Virus record (IMG/VR): IMGVR_UViG_3300020034_000011
Strand: one strand, 5' to 3'
Origin: an uncultured virus (IMG/VR IMGVR_UViG_3300020034_000011)
Lineage: Duplodnaviria > Heunggongvirae > Uroviricota > Caudoviricetes
DNA: 64,000 nt
Both the position numbers and the translations under genes were made by a program. Each line of letters opens with the position of its first letter. Within the stretch, counting starts at the first letter, position 1. This document shows positions 9,069-19,314 of this stretch, piece after piece. The notes under the pieces were generated by a model. It made no database searches and was not told the DNA's origin. It saw only the letters and a list, made by a program, of their open reading frames with translations.

Positions 9069-10427
9069 ATGGCCTCAGTTGGCGCGCGACTGCAACATGC
9101 GTGGAACGCCTTCACCAACAGTGACGACGCGAACAATCGTCCAAGGTCCGGCGAGTCTTACGGCGGCAGCATCGGTAGTGGGCGCCCAGACCGTGTCCCT
9201 CTTCGGTTCTCGTTCAACGAGAGAACCCTTATTTCCTCGATCTACACCCGGATCGGGATCGACGCGGCTGCTGTCCCCATGATCCATTGTCGTAAGGATG
9301 ACCGAGATCGTTACGTGGACACCATCGACAGTGGTCTGAATCGCTGTTTGACGCTGGAAGCTAACCTCGATCAAGGCGCGCGTGCTTTCCGCCAGGATGT
9401 CGTCACCACGATCCTCGACGACGGTGTCGCAGCGATCGTTCCGGTGGATACAACCATCTCGCCCGAGGATACGGGTGGATACGACATCAAGACCCTTCGA
9501 GTGGGTCGGATCGTGCAGTGGTTCCCCGAACATATTCGGGTGAGCCTCTACAACCAGGCACGAGGCATGCGTGAAGAGATCACGCTTCCCAAGAAGATGG
9601 TGGCTATCATCGAGAACCCGCTCTATGCGGTGATGAATGAGCCCAACTCGACCCTTCAGCGACTGGTCATCAACCTTGGTCTTCTGGACGCGGTGAACAA
9701 TCAGTCCGCTTCCGGTAAGCTCGACATCCTTATTCAGCTTCCGTATGCGATCAAGACGGAAGCCAAGCGTCAGCAGGCAGAGCAACGGCGCAAGGACATC
9801 GAGTTCCAGCTTTCGGGCAGTAAGTATGGCATCGGCTACATCGATGCCACAGAGAAGATCAATCAGCTCAATCGCCCGGCTGAGAACAACTTGATGGCTC
9901 AGGTCACATGGCTGACCGAACAGCTGTATGTGCAGCTCGGTCTGACGCCTGAGATCGTCAACGGCACGGCCGACGAGAAGACCATGAAGAACTACTACGC
10001 TCGCACCATCGAGCCGATTCTGGACTCCATCGTCGAGGCCTATACCCGTACATTTCTTACCCAGACCGCTCGCACGCAGGGTCAATGGGTCATGTATTTC
10101 CGTGACCCCTTCAAGTTTGTTCCGATCGGTGGCGAAGGCGGCATTGCCGATATCGCCGACAAGTTCTCTCGTAACGAGATCGTCTCGTCCAACGAGATCC
10201 GCCAAGCCATCGGAATGCGACCGCGGCCTGAAGCCAAGGCTGACGCGCTCATCAACTCCAACATGCCTCAGGGTAAGACCGGAGTTGACATCGGTAATGG
10301 GAAAACCGGCTTTGATGCTGAGGCGACAGCAGAAGAGGTCCCTGCGGACCCGGCAGCTGCCGCCATGATCGAACAGTTGGCGAAGACCCATACCGAGGTA
10401 GATGCCGCCTTGGCCGGGGGTGGTTGA
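9069..10427 (+). CDS. portal protein
   Basis: follows terL; about 452 aa; C-terminal SSNEIRQAIG motif; start ATG 9069 after AGGAGGAG. Confidence 0.88.
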   Translation: MASVGARLQHAWNAFTNSDDANNRPRSGESYGGSIGSGRPDRVPLRFSFNERTLISSIYTRIGIDAAAVPMIHCRKDDRDRYVDTIDSGLNRCLTLEANLDQGARAFRQDVVTTILDDGVAAIVPVDTTISPEDTGGYDIKTLRVGRIVQWFPEHIRVSLYNQARGMREEITLPKKMVAIIENPLYAVMNEPNSTLQRLVINLGLLDAVNNQSASGKLDILIQLPYAIKTEAKRQQAEQRRKDIEFQLSGSKYGIGYIDATEKINQLNRPAENNLMAQVTWLTEQLYVQLGLTPEIVNGTADEKTMKNYYARTIEPILDSIVEAYTRTFLTQTARTQGQWVMYFRDPFKFVPIGGEGGIADIADKFSRNEIVSSNEIRQAIGMRPRPEAKADALINSNMPQGKTGVDIGNGKTGFDAEATAEEVPADPAAAAMIEQLAKTHTEVDAALAGGG

Positions 10428-10903
10428 TGAGGACTCCTACGGAGTACGAGATCGACCGACTGATGCACAGCTTGATTCCGGTGGTCAAGAAGCCGAAGAA
10501 GGCTGCTATCCCGCCTCCACCCAAGCCGATTGCCAGCACGACATCCACGGATGCTCGAGCTGAGCAGCGTAAGACCCTTGCCAAGTTGATTCAGAGGTTG
10601 GAGCAGAAGCTTGCGAAACTGAACGCGCTCATCAAAGAGCGGGAACAGGAAGCCGCTTCGGTCAACCACTCGGCCATGGCCAAGAAAGAGCGGAAAGCCA
10701 AAGAGAACACTACGGCTAAAGCCGCTGCTAAGCAGGCCGAGATCGATCGAAACAACAAGAAGATCATCGATCGAAATCGAGAGCCCAAGACCAAGCTAAA
10801 GGTCAAAGTCACCAAGCAACCAACGGTGGCTGAGCTCAAGGTTTTGGCGACGCGAGTCAAGGGTCAGATCGCAATCGCCAAGCAGAAGTTAGCTGCGCTC
10901 TAA
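10424..10903 (+). CDS. Lys-rich coiled-coil protein
   Basis: 159 aa between portal and capsid genes; LMH motif near the N-terminus. Confidence 0.6.
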   Translation: MMRTPTEYEIDRLMHSLIPVVKKPKKAAIPPPPKPIASTTSTDARAEQRKTLAKLIQRLEQKLAKLNALIKEREQEAASVNHSAMAKKERKAKENTTAKAAAKQAEIDRNNKKIIDRNREPKTKLKVKVTKQPTVAELKVLATRVKGQIAIAKQKLAAL

Positions 10904-10942
10904 GAGCGCCGAAGATCCAAACGGACGAAAGGAACAGTCAAA

Positions 10943-13042
10943 ATGGGAGCCACTCCCCGACTGAACTTCGGTGACTCTTCGCCGGAGAACAGCTTGATGC
11001 ATTCGGATGACGCTGTCGCGCCAGTGGTTGGCATGCGAGAGCCTGACTTCAGTGGTTGGGCGTCGAAGTACGGAATCAGGTGCACCGATGGGCGCACCAT
11101 CGAGCCGGGTACGTTCGAGCATCAGGATTCCGAGCGCTTGCCGCTGGTTTGGCATCACGGTCACTCCTCGGTCGACAACATCCTCGGACACGTCATCATC
11201 GAGCACCGTGATGAAGGCCCGTACTGCTTCGGGTACTTCAACGAGACGACGCAGGGCAAGAGCGCGAAGCTCATGGTGGAGCATGGAGACATCGACAAGC
11301 TCTCCATTTTCGCCAATGGGATCGTCGAGAAGATGAAGAAGGTTTCACACGCCTTCATGCGCGAGGTCTCGTTGGTCATCGCTGGCGCCAACTCAGGCGC
11401 AATCATCGACAACATCACTGTCGCGCATAGCGATGGGGAAGTCGACATCCACGCCGATGAGGCGATCATCTACACCGGCCTCACGCTGGAGCACGGCGTT
11501 GCTTCCGCGAAGGCGGCACCGGTCGCTCGGACCACCGACGAGCCCGTGGCCACTGACGCAACCATCGAAGAGGTCTTTGGGACCTTCTCCGATGATCAGA
11601 AGGAAGTCGTCCACTTGATGGTCGGTGCCGCGCTCGAGAGTGCCGCAACCCCCAGCGACGACAGCACCGACACCACGACCGATACCTCCGATCCGGAGAA
11701 GGTCATCACCCACGAGGATGAGGATTCGACCGAGATGACGAACGTGTTCGAGAAGAACAAGGGCAAGATTGGCGGAGACGAGCCCGAGACCATCACGCTG
11801 TCGCATGACGCGATGGGGGCGATCGGCGAGGCCGCCAAGAAGACCGGCTCCTACAAGGACGCCGTCGTGGAGTACGCGTTCAAGCACGGCATCGAGAACA
11901 TCGATGCGCTGTTCCCGGACGCGCGGAACATCACCGAGACCCCCGAGTGGGACAAGCGCCGCACCGAATGGGTCGGCGAGGTCCTGGGCAAGGTTCGCAA
12001 GAGCCCGTTCTCGCGGATCAAGTCGCTGGTGGCCAACATCACCCACCCCGAGGCCCGCGCCCGCGGTTACATCAAGGGCACGCTGAAGAAGGACGAGTTC
12101 TTCGCTCTGACCAGCCGTGTCACCACGCCTGCGACGGTCTACAAGAAGCAGCGTCTGGACCGTGACGACATCGTCGACATCACGGACTTCGACGTCGTCA
12201 TCTGGCTGAAGGGCGAGATGCGACTGATGCTCGAGGAGGAGATCGCTCGCGCGATCCTCATCGGTGACGGCCGCCTTTCGGACGACGACGACAAGGTCAA
12301 GGACCCGTCCGGCTCCACCGAGGGCGCGGGCATCCGTTCGATCCTGAACGACCACGACCTCTACGCTGCGACGTTCTACGTGGACGTCGACGGTGACCTC
12401 AAGAAGACGGATGTCGTGGATCAGGTCCTGTCCTCGATGCAGTACTTCAAGGGCTCGGGCATCCCGACGTTCTACTCGACGCAGGGCACCATCACGCAGA
12501 TGCTGCTCGCTCGCGACGAGATGGGCCGTCGCTTCTACCGCACCGCCACGGAGCTGGCCTCCGAGCTGGGCGTCGACAAGTGCGTCGCCGTCGAGCCGAT
12601 GGAAGACGAGCCCGACCTGGTCGGCATCATCGTCAACCTGCAGGACTACACCCTCGGCGCCGATCGCGGTGGCGAGACCTCGATGTTCGATGACTTCGAC
12701 ATCGACTACAACCAGTACAAGTACCTGATCGAGACCCGCGTCTCCGGCGCGCTCACCAAGATCCGCTCGGCGATCATCGTCAAGCAGGCTGGCAACGGCA
12801 TCACGCTCGTCGCCCCGACCGAGCCCACGTTCGATCCGGCAACGTCGGAGATCACGATCCACGACACGGTGGGCGTCACCTTCCGTCGCGGCGACAACAA
12901 CGCGGCTGTCACCAACGGCGGCTCGCCGTACACGGTCGCCGAGGGCGTCGACCTGAAGATCTACGCTGTCGCCAACGGCGGCTACATCCTCAAGAACAAC
13001 GTCGAGGATGAGTGGACGTACCGCGGCACCGAGGGCAGCTAG
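10943..13042 (+). CDS. prohead protease-scaffold-major capsid fusion with C-terminal Ig-like domain
   Basis: DFSGWASKY/PLVWHH/EVSLV HK97-like protease region, then capsid region ending YLIETRVSGAL. Confidence 0.88.
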   Translation: MGATPRLNFGDSSPENSLMHSDDAVAPVVGMREPDFSGWASKYGIRCTDGRTIEPGTFEHQDSERLPLVWHHGHSSVDNILGHVIIEHRDEGPYCFGYFNETTQGKSAKLMVEHGDIDKLSIFANGIVEKMKKVSHAFMREVSLVIAGANSGAIIDNITVAHSDGEVDIHADEAIIYTGLTLEHGVASAKAAPVARTTDEPVATDATIEEVFGTFSDDQKEVVHLMVGAALESAATPSDDSTDTTTDTSDPEKVITHEDEDSTEMTNVFEKNKGKIGGDEPETITLSHDAMGAIGEAAKKTGSYKDAVVEYAFKHGIENIDALFPDARNITETPEWDKRRTEWVGEVLGKVRKSPFSRIKSLVANITHPEARARGYIKGTLKKDEFFALTSRVTTPATVYKKQRLDRDDIVDITDFDVVIWLKGEMRLMLEEEIARAILIGDGRLSDDDDKVKDPSGSTEGAGIRSILNDHDLYAATFYVDVDGDLKKTDVVDQVLSSMQYFKGSGIPTFYSTQGTITQMLLARDEMGRRFYRTATELASELGVDKCVAVEPMEDEPDLVGIIVNLQDYTLGADRGGETSMFDDFDIDYNQYKYLIETRVSGALTKIRSAIIVKQAGNGITLVAPTEPTFDPATSEITIHDTVGVTFRRGDNNAAVTNGGSPYTVAEGVDLKIYAVANGGYILKNNVEDEWTYRGTEGS

Positions 13043-13062
13043 TCGTTACTAGCTGATACCTG

Positions 13063-13389
13063 ATGGCGAAGTTTCACGGCAAGGTCGGATACGCGAACCA
13101 GCCCACTGAAACTGCACCTGGCGTGCACGAGGAACCCATCACGGAACGAACCTATTCTGGCGACGTCGTTCAAAATAGGAGACAGCTTCGTGACGGTGAC
13201 CGGGTAATTCCGGGCACCACCCTCAGTAATTCGATCAGCATCGTGGCCGATGCATACGCTCGTGACCATTTCTTCGCCATCCGTTATGTGGAGTGGGCGG
13301 GGGTTCTCTGGACAGTGCCTGATGTGGAAGTCCAGACCCCCCGCCTTCTCCTTCGTTTGGGGGAGGTTTACAATGGCCCAACGGCTTGA
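13063..13389 (+). CDS. head-to-tail stopper/closure protein
   Basis: 108 aa beta-rich protein, synteny after capsid. Confidence 0.65.
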   Translation: MAKFHGKVGYANQPTETAPGVHEEPITERTYSGDVVQNRRQLRDGDRVIPGTTLSNSISIVADAYARDHFFAIRYVEWAGVLWTVPDVEVQTPRLLLRLGEVYNGPTA

Positions 13390-13672
13390 CCTCCAAGTCC
13401 TCCTTGAGGACATCACAGAGCACGTTTATTACCAGCAACCGACCGATACTCAGATGCAGTACCCCTGCATCCTATACGAACGAGATGCCTCCTGGTCGGA
13501 GCACGCTGACAATCGGCCCTACGCACGCATGAAGCGGTATCAGGTGACGGTCGTTGACCGTAACCCCGACAGCGAACTGCCAGACATTGTGGAAGAACTT
13601 AGGTTCTGCTCATTCGATCGCTCATTCAGAGCGGACGGATTGAACCACTTTGTCTTCAATCTCTTTTTCTGA
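13373..13672 (+). CDS. tail terminator protein
   Basis: VYYQQP...YPCILY motif; immediately precedes major tail; start ATG 13373. Confidence 0.7.
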   Translation: MAQRLDLQVLLEDITEHVYYQQPTDTQMQYPCILYERDASWSEHADNRPYARMKRYQVTVVDRNPDSELPDIVEELRFCSFDRSFRADGLNHFVFNLFF

Positions 13673-13688
13673 AACGGAGTAAAACAAC

Positions 13689-14576
13689 ATGACGAAGCTT
13701 GCATGGGACCTCGTCGGCGAGCGTCAGTACGAGACCGGCGTCGACCACGGCGTCCTTTACCTGCCGGACAACACCGGCGCTTACGTCGAGGGTCACGCTT
13801 GGAATGGTCTGACGACCGTTACCGAGTCGCCTTCCGGCGCTGAGTCCAACCCGCAGTACGCAGACAACATCAAGTACCTCAACCTGGTGTCGGCCGAGGA
13901 GTTCGGCGCCACGATCGAGGCGCTCACGTACCCGAAGGCGTTCGAGGAGTGCGACGGGTCGGTCCAGCCTCAGCCGGGGGTTACCCTCGGGCAGCAGGGC
14001 CGCCGGATCTTTGGCCTGTCCTACCGGTCCAAGGTCGGCAACGATCTGGAGGGTGCGGATTTCGGGTACAAGATCCACCTGGTCTACGGCGCTCTCTCGG
14101 CTCCGTCGGAGAAGGCGTACAACACGATCAACGACTCCCCTGAGGCGATCACGTTCTCGTGGGAGATCAGCACGACGCCGGTGGCGGTCGAGGGCTTCAA
14201 GCCGACGGCCCTGCTGACGATCGACTCCACCCAGGTGGATGCCGACGATCTGGCGGCCCTCGAGGAGATCCTCTACGGCACCGAGGTGGACGATCCCCGT
14301 CTGCCGCTGCCTGACGAGGTCATCACGCTGGTTGGTACGGGCACCACCAACGTCGACCTGACGGTTCCGGCCAATCAGCCGACGTTTGTCGCGGCCACGG
14401 GTGTCCTCACCCTCCCGGTCGTCTCGGGTGTCCAGTGGAAGGTCAACGGGGCCAACCGCGCCCCCGGCGCCCAGGCTGCCATCGCGGCAGGCGCTCAGAT
14501 CGAGGTCACGGCCGTTGCCACGGCCGATCACAACCTCCAGGGCGATGACGAGTGGACGTACCGCCGCGACGCATAG
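13689..14576 (+). CDS. major tail protein with C-terminal Ig-like domain
   Basis: WD..GER.YETGVDHGVLY...AWNGLT...YADNIKY tail tube signature. Confidence 0.88.
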   Translation: MTKLAWDLVGERQYETGVDHGVLYLPDNTGAYVEGHAWNGLTTVTESPSGAESNPQYADNIKYLNLVSAEEFGATIEALTYPKAFEECDGSVQPQPGVTLGQQGRRIFGLSYRSKVGNDLEGADFGYKIHLVYGALSAPSEKAYNTINDSPEAITFSWEISTTPVAVEGFKPTALLTIDSTQVDADDLAALEEILYGTEVDDPRLPLPDEVITLVGTGTTNVDLTVPANQPTFVAATGVLTLPVVSGVQWKVNGANRAPGAQAAIAAGAQIEVTAVATADHNLQGDDEWTYRRDA

Positions 14577-14584
14577 TCGCGTAA

Positions 14585-14705
14585 TTCCTCGCGGTCGCGA
14601 CTCCCAGGCAAGAGTCGGGGAGAACAGCCGAGCAGGCAGGATCCTCTACTCTCCGGGATCGCTCGTAAGTCTGTGGGAGGCACCGTAACCCGGCCACCGC
14701 GGGGG
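14585..14705 (+). ncRNA. structured intergenic RNA after the major tail gene
   Basis: nested stems TTCCTCGCGGT/ACCGCGGGGG, CTCCCAGGC/GTCTGTGGGAG, CGAGC/GCTCG, GATCC/GGATC. Confidence 0.45.
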
Positions 14706-14728
14706 CTGAAGATGAAAGGAACCAGAGA

Positions 14729-15271
14729 GTGCTCACAATTACAGTTGGAACCACCGACGTCTATGACGATGAGACCGGCACGTTCGGTATCACTGGCGGG
14801 TTCGAGCTCCAGCTGGAGCACTCTCTGGTCGCCCTTTCAAAATGGGAGGCGATTTACGAAAAGCCGTTCCTCGGTACGGCGAAGAAGACCGGGGAAGAGA
14901 TCCTTTCTTACGTTCGCTGCATGGTTGTCAGCGAAAATCCCCCGGAGGACTTTCTCACTCAGCTTTCAGAAGCGAATCTTGCGGACATCAATGCGCATAT
15001 CGACGCGAAGATGACCGCCACCTGGTTTTCTGATCAGCCGGGCAAGTCTGGAACCGGTGAAATCATCACCTCTGAGCTCATCTATTTTTGGATGTCGGTG
15101 TTCAAGATCAACTTCGATTGTGAAACGTGGCATCTCAATCGCCTGTTCACACTTATCCGCATTGCACACCTCAAGCAGCAGAAGCCGAAGAAGATGAGTA
15201 GAGCTGAGATCGTTCGACGCAATCGTGATCTCAACGAGCAGCGCAAGGCAGCCCTTGGGACAACGGGATAG
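14729..15271 (+). CDS. tail assembly chaperone
   Basis: LEHSLVALSKWE motif; synteny after major tail. Confidence 0.65.
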   Translation: MLTITVGTTDVYDDETGTFGITGGFELQLEHSLVALSKWEAIYEKPFLGTAKKTGEEILSYVRCMVVSENPPEDFLTQLSEANLADINAHIDAKMTATWFSDQPGKSGTGEIITSELIYFWMSVFKINFDCETWHLNRLFTLIRIAHLKQQKPKKMSRAEIVRRNRDLNEQRKAALGTTG

Positions 15272-15283
15272 AGAGGAGGTACT

Positions 15284-16066
15284 GTGCCCGCCATTCAGTG
15301 GGACAAGATCGGCGATCGGCGATTCGAAGCTGGTGTAGATCGCGGAGTACTCTACCTCCCCGATAAGGCGGTAGCTTGGAGCGGCCTTACGGGAATCGAG
15401 GAGAGCCCCAGTATCGATTCCAAGTCGTTCTATCAGGACGGCATCAAGTACTTGGACGTCAAGGTTCTGAGCGAGTACAGCGCCACGTTGCGTGCGCTCA
15501 CCTATCCGGATGAGTTCGATCAGGTCATGGGTATTGCCGCCGATGGGCAGGGTTTATTCATCCACGATCAGCGTGTTCGCCCGTTCAGTCTGTGCTACCG
15601 CACCAGGATTGGTAATGACGTCGCCGGAATCGATTTCGGGTATCGTCTACACATTCTTTACGACCTAATGGCAGTACCCAACAGTGCGGCTTTCGGAACG
15701 GTCGAAAGCAACGTGGATCCGGTGGAGTTCTCTTGGGCGCTCAGCAGTACCCCTCAAGCGCTTCCCGGATACCGTCCTACCGCGCATCTGTCGATCAAGT
15801 CGACCGACATCGACGCTGGCTACCTCGAGTACGTCGAGTCAATCTTGTACGGCAATGAGCTTGCCGATGCGTATTTGCCGACGATGGCTGAGATGTTCGA
15901 TCTCATCGCCAACCAGGTGACCATCGTTGACAACGGCGATGGCACGTGGACCGCGTCTGGTTCCGATCGAGTGATTCAAGACTTTGGCGATACGTTCATC
16001 ATTGGTGGCGTGTCTATTGCCGGACCGATCGACGGTCGGTACGAGTTGACCATCCCCGTGCACTAA
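15284..16066 (+). CDS. second major-tail-like (tail tube paralog) protein
   Basis: clear paralog of 13689-14576 (WDKIGDRRFEAGVDRGVLY, TYPDEF, YRLHILY). Confidence 0.8.
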   Translation: MPAIQWDKIGDRRFEAGVDRGVLYLPDKAVAWSGLTGIEESPSIDSKSFYQDGIKYLDVKVLSEYSATLRALTYPDEFDQVMGIAADGQGLFIHDQRVRPFSLCYRTRIGNDVAGIDFGYRLHILYDLMAVPNSAAFGTVESNVDPVEFSWALSSTPQALPGYRPTAHLSIKSTDIDAGYLEYVESILYGNELADAYLPTMAEMFDLIANQVTIVDNGDGTWTASGSDRVIQDFGDTFIIGGVSIAGPIDGRYELTIPVH

Positions 16067-16075
16067 GGAGGCCTA

Positions 16076-16513
16076 ATGGCTACTGTAACCGGCATGACGG
16101 CCGAAAAGATCAACGAGCTCATTGATGGGCGCGTACCAGCATCTTCGGTGGAAGTTGAGGCAACGGTCGAGGATCTGGATACCGGTGATGGGGCTTTTGG
16201 GTCTCTTGCGCTGGGTCGGGCATATCGACTGATCAAGGTGGAGGTCGACAAGCCCTGCCGTCTTCGGCTTTACGCAAGCACGGAGCAGCGAACCGCCGAC
16301 GGAGATCGCAATCGCGACGAAGATCCGCAAGGTGACCACGGCGTTATCTTGGAAGTCATCATGACTGACGAGATCCTGTCGATGAATCTGCTTCCTGCGC
16401 CTCACGGGTACACGGACGTTGTGTCCGGAACCACGCCTTTCTCCATTGTTAATGACGGGGATGACGGCGACATTACCATCACCTTCCTTGAACAAGTACT
16501 GGAGCCCGCATGA
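16076..16513 (+). CDS. minor tail protein
   Basis: tail-module position, RBS AAGGAGG. Confidence 0.55.
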   Translation: MATVTGMTAEKINELIDGRVPASSVEVEATVEDLDTGDGAFGSLALGRAYRLIKVEVDKPCRLRLYASTEQRTADGDRNRDEDPQGDHGVILEVIMTDEILSMNLLPAPHGYTDVVSGTTPFSIVNDGDDGDITITFLEQVLEPA

Positions 16514-17574
16514 TCGCATATTTGTCTACCAGTGTCAGCGATGCTGATGCTCCTGCAGCAGGCATCTTGACCCAGGATGCGATCCGCGACAACTTGCTGG
16601 ATCATGCCTCCGGAGCGTGGACCTTGGTCGAGGAGTTCAACTCTTCGGGCAGCACGATCCACTGGGTTGTTGTCAAGAACGACGGATCCTTGTCAGATGT
16701 TGGCGTGGATTTCTACGTCGTCATCGGCCGTCTCGCCGCCACCGGTCAGATTGGCATCTTTTTGGGTGAGAACTACAATGCTGGGTCGAACACCCTCGAT
16801 ACTTTCGCCCCTCGTGCTGGGGCATACTACGAGAACTCCATCCTCGCGGATCACTCATATTCCACTGGTGGCGGTTCGACAGCATCGTTTGTGCTGGGAA
16901 CGAGTTTTCCCAGTGGTGCCGTGGGACAACCAATTTGTCCAGTGCCGACCGCAGCGCCCACCATGCGTTACATCTCGATGGTCGAGAAGGACTACGCCAT
17001 TTTTGCGATCAATGGCACGGTGATCTATGTCGGTGCGCTCATTGACGACATCGTTCCCGCGGCAGGACTCGACGCGGCAGTTCCGCTCGGGTGCTTCAAT
17101 TTGTTCGATACGGGCTACCCCGGTTTCGGAAGCCTGACCCGGCATCCGATTGCTGCAGCCGATGCGCCTATGGCGGTTACCTCGCCATTTGTCTTGTTGC
17201 CAATCTGGAATGACCGAAAGACCTTTGCTCAAGCATGGGCTTTGTCTACCGGAGTCTGGCTGCATCCTGATCGGTTCCAAGACAATCGTGTGGCTGCATC
17301 TGAGTTGTATGCGCTCATGGTTGCTGGAGTCACGGGCGGTAACGCGAACAATGGCGCCGAGAAGACCGGTCTTATTCGAGGCCGATTCAAGAATCTCCGC
17401 GTTGCTACGTTCCCGGCGGCTGTCGTACAGTACGACCTCATTGTTGTCGATGGACGGAAGGCGATCGTCCTTGGCGACAAGAATCAGCTGGATTCGGGCA
17501 TTTTCGTGACGCCCAATGGCTACTACACGGACGTCAAATGGGGCTTTGTCTGTGATACCGGGGTGGTGGCCTAA
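16510..17574 (+). CDS. minor tail protein
   Basis: 354 aa beta-rich ORF translationally coupled to neighbours. Confidence 0.55.
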   Translation: MIAYLSTSVSDADAPAAGILTQDAIRDNLLDHASGAWTLVEEFNSSGSTIHWVVVKNDGSLSDVGVDFYVVIGRLAATGQIGIFLGENYNAGSNTLDTFAPRAGAYYENSILADHSYSTGGGSTASFVLGTSFPSGAVGQPICPVPTAAPTMRYISMVEKDYAIFAINGTVIYVGALIDDIVPAAGLDAAVPLGCFNLFDTGYPGFGSLTRHPIAAADAPMAVTSPFVLLPIWNDRKTFAQAWALSTGVWLHPDRFQDNRVAASELYALMVAGVTGGNANNGAEKTGLIRGRFKNLRVATFPAAVVQYDLIVVDGRKAIVLGDKNQLDSGIFVTPNGYYTDVKWGFVCDTGVVA

Positions 17575-17783
17575 TGGCGGAATTCGATGACTACGATCTC
17601 GTCACGCCGGATGTGCCTTCAGACCCGATCGATCAGATCACACCGGGCTACGATCTACACCAAGGTCTGTCCTTCGTTGATCAGATGAAGGCTTCGATCA
17701 CGCCGGTCACCGCGCATGCAAGTGGCGGTTCCAGCGGACCTCGCCCAACGTCAGGGCTCATTTTCCCCCGGGGGATGGGTTAG
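17574..17783 (+). CDS. hypothetical protein
   Basis: coupled 69-aa ORF. Confidence 0.45.
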   Translation: MAEFDDYDLVTPDVPSDPIDQITPGYDLHQGLSFVDQMKASITPVTAHASGGSSGPRPTSGLIFPRGMG

Positions 17784-17797
17784 TCCAGAAAGGAGGG

Positions 17798-18916
17798 ATG
17801 TTTATGCGGTTTCGGCTTTTTGGATACAGCGGCGTACGCCCTCCTGTTCCTGGTACCGAAGTTGTTGACCCGGTAGATCCGGGACCAGAGCCTGAGGTTC
17901 CGCCGGACGAGATCCCAGAACCTTTGACGATCGTCCTCGAAGATGGGGACACGTTTCACAAGGCGACATATTTGGCGATGGGTTACAACCGCTTTGATGT
18001 CATGTGTATCGGAGCGGCAGGTGGGCATGCGGGTCATTCCAAGCAGACCATTCCCGACAGTGGCTCGCATCGCAACTCCCTTCCGCTTGACTACGATCTC
18101 TACTGGAACTCTCTCCGTCACGTTTTCGGTGGCGCTGGAGGCGGTGGAGGGGCCCATCGGATCAAGGGTCGTTTGGCGCTTCTGCCCACCAATGTTCCTG
18201 TGATCGTCGGTGATGCGGGGGCTGATGGAGCTTACGCAGACATCACTTCGCCGTTTCACGACTGGCGAACGGGATCCGATGGTTTGGCGCATGCACCTAC
18301 GCCCAATCCGGGTGGCGATGGCGGATATTCGTCGTTCGGCACTACGATTTGTCGCGCCTCCGGAGGCAAAGGCGGCGTCGGGCTTCTCGGTGGCGCTGGT
18401 GGGGTAGGCAATTCGATCATCGCCGGTGGCGGTCCTACGCCAGCCTATATCCCGCCAAGCGGCGATCCTGGTGGTCCCGAGCATGGACCAACTTCACCAG
18501 GGCTGATGAATCCTGGCGCATGGGATGGCAAGATTGGTAAGGGTGGAGCTGGAGGCAAAGGGACGATCATCGCAGCTCTAGGTGGTTTTGGAGGCGGTGG
18601 TGTGGCTTCGCCGTTTGGTCTCGACGCAGTCAAAGGCGCAGATGGCGCATATTCAGCTGTCGATTCATCGGTATCTGGACATGGCGCTGGAGGTTTCGGG
18701 TTTGATCTTGACGGTACTCGTATCACCCCAGACGGAATCACGGGCAACAACATGCTCGTTCCAACGCATTACAGTGCCTTAGGCGCCAATCCAGGCGCTG
18801 GTGGTGGTGCTACGGCATTTCCGATCACCGGTAGTCTCACGCAACATGGATCAAAGGCCGGAGGACTTGATGGCAAAGGCGCCGTCATCATCCGGCTTAG
18901 TTATGCCATCGTCTAG
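17798..18916 (+). CDS. glycine-rich minor tail protein
   Basis: extensive GG/GxG repeats, C-terminal GAVIIRL typical of glycine-rich fibre domains. Confidence 0.7.
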   Translation: MFMRFRLFGYSGVRPPVPGTEVVDPVDPGPEPEVPPDEIPEPLTIVLEDGDTFHKATYLAMGYNRFDVMCIGAAGGHAGHSKQTIPDSGSHRNSLPLDYDLYWNSLRHVFGGAGGGGGAHRIKGRLALLPTNVPVIVGDAGADGAYADITSPFHDWRTGSDGLAHAPTPNPGGDGGYSSFGTTICRASGGKGGVGLLGGAGGVGNSIIAGGGPTPAYIPPSGDPGGPEHGPTSPGLMNPGAWDGKIGKGGAGGKGTIIAALGGFGGGGVASPFGLDAVKGADGAYSAVDSSVSGHGAGGFGFDLDGTRITPDGITGNNMLVPTHYSALGANPGAGGGATAFPITGSLTQHGSKAGGLDGKGAVIIRLSYAIV

Positions 18917-18939
18917 CCATATTCCATGGGGAGGGGTCC

Positions 18940-19314
18940 GTGCTTCAAGTTCAGACACGCGGATCCTTCAAGAACATGGAAGCGTTTGCGAAACGTGTAG
19001 CAAGCCGTAGTCAGTTCAAAGTCCTTCACAAGTATGGCCAAGCAGGCGTAGCGGCGCTCAGTACCGCTACGCCTAAAGACAAGGCCGAAACTGCGGGCTC
19101 GTGGGACTACGAGATCGTGGAGAAGTCTGGATATTTTGCTATTCACTGGTCTAACAGCCACGTGAACGACGGTGTTCCAATTGCCGTGTTGATCCAGTAC
19201 GGCCACGCCACCAGAAACGGCGGTCGTGTAGAAGGTCGGGATTACATCAATCCCGCGCTTAGACCCATATTTGACCAGATGGCAGCCGATATGTGGAGGG
19301 AGGTGACCAAGTAA
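18940..19314 (+). CDS. HK97 gp10-like tail/neck protein
   Basis: ATPKD...TAGSW...QYGH...YINPA motif; precedes tape measure. Confidence 0.7.
   Translation: MLQVQTRGSFKNMEAFAKRVASRSQFKVLHKYGQAGVAALSTATPKDKAETAGSWDYEIVEKSGYFAIHWSNSHVNDGVPIAVLIQYGHATRNGGRVEGRDYINPALRPIFDQMAADMWREVTK

Noticed and set aside
14729..15271. Programmed frameshift in the tail assembly chaperone
   Set aside because: Single ORF with no convincing slippery site or overlapping second frame identified.
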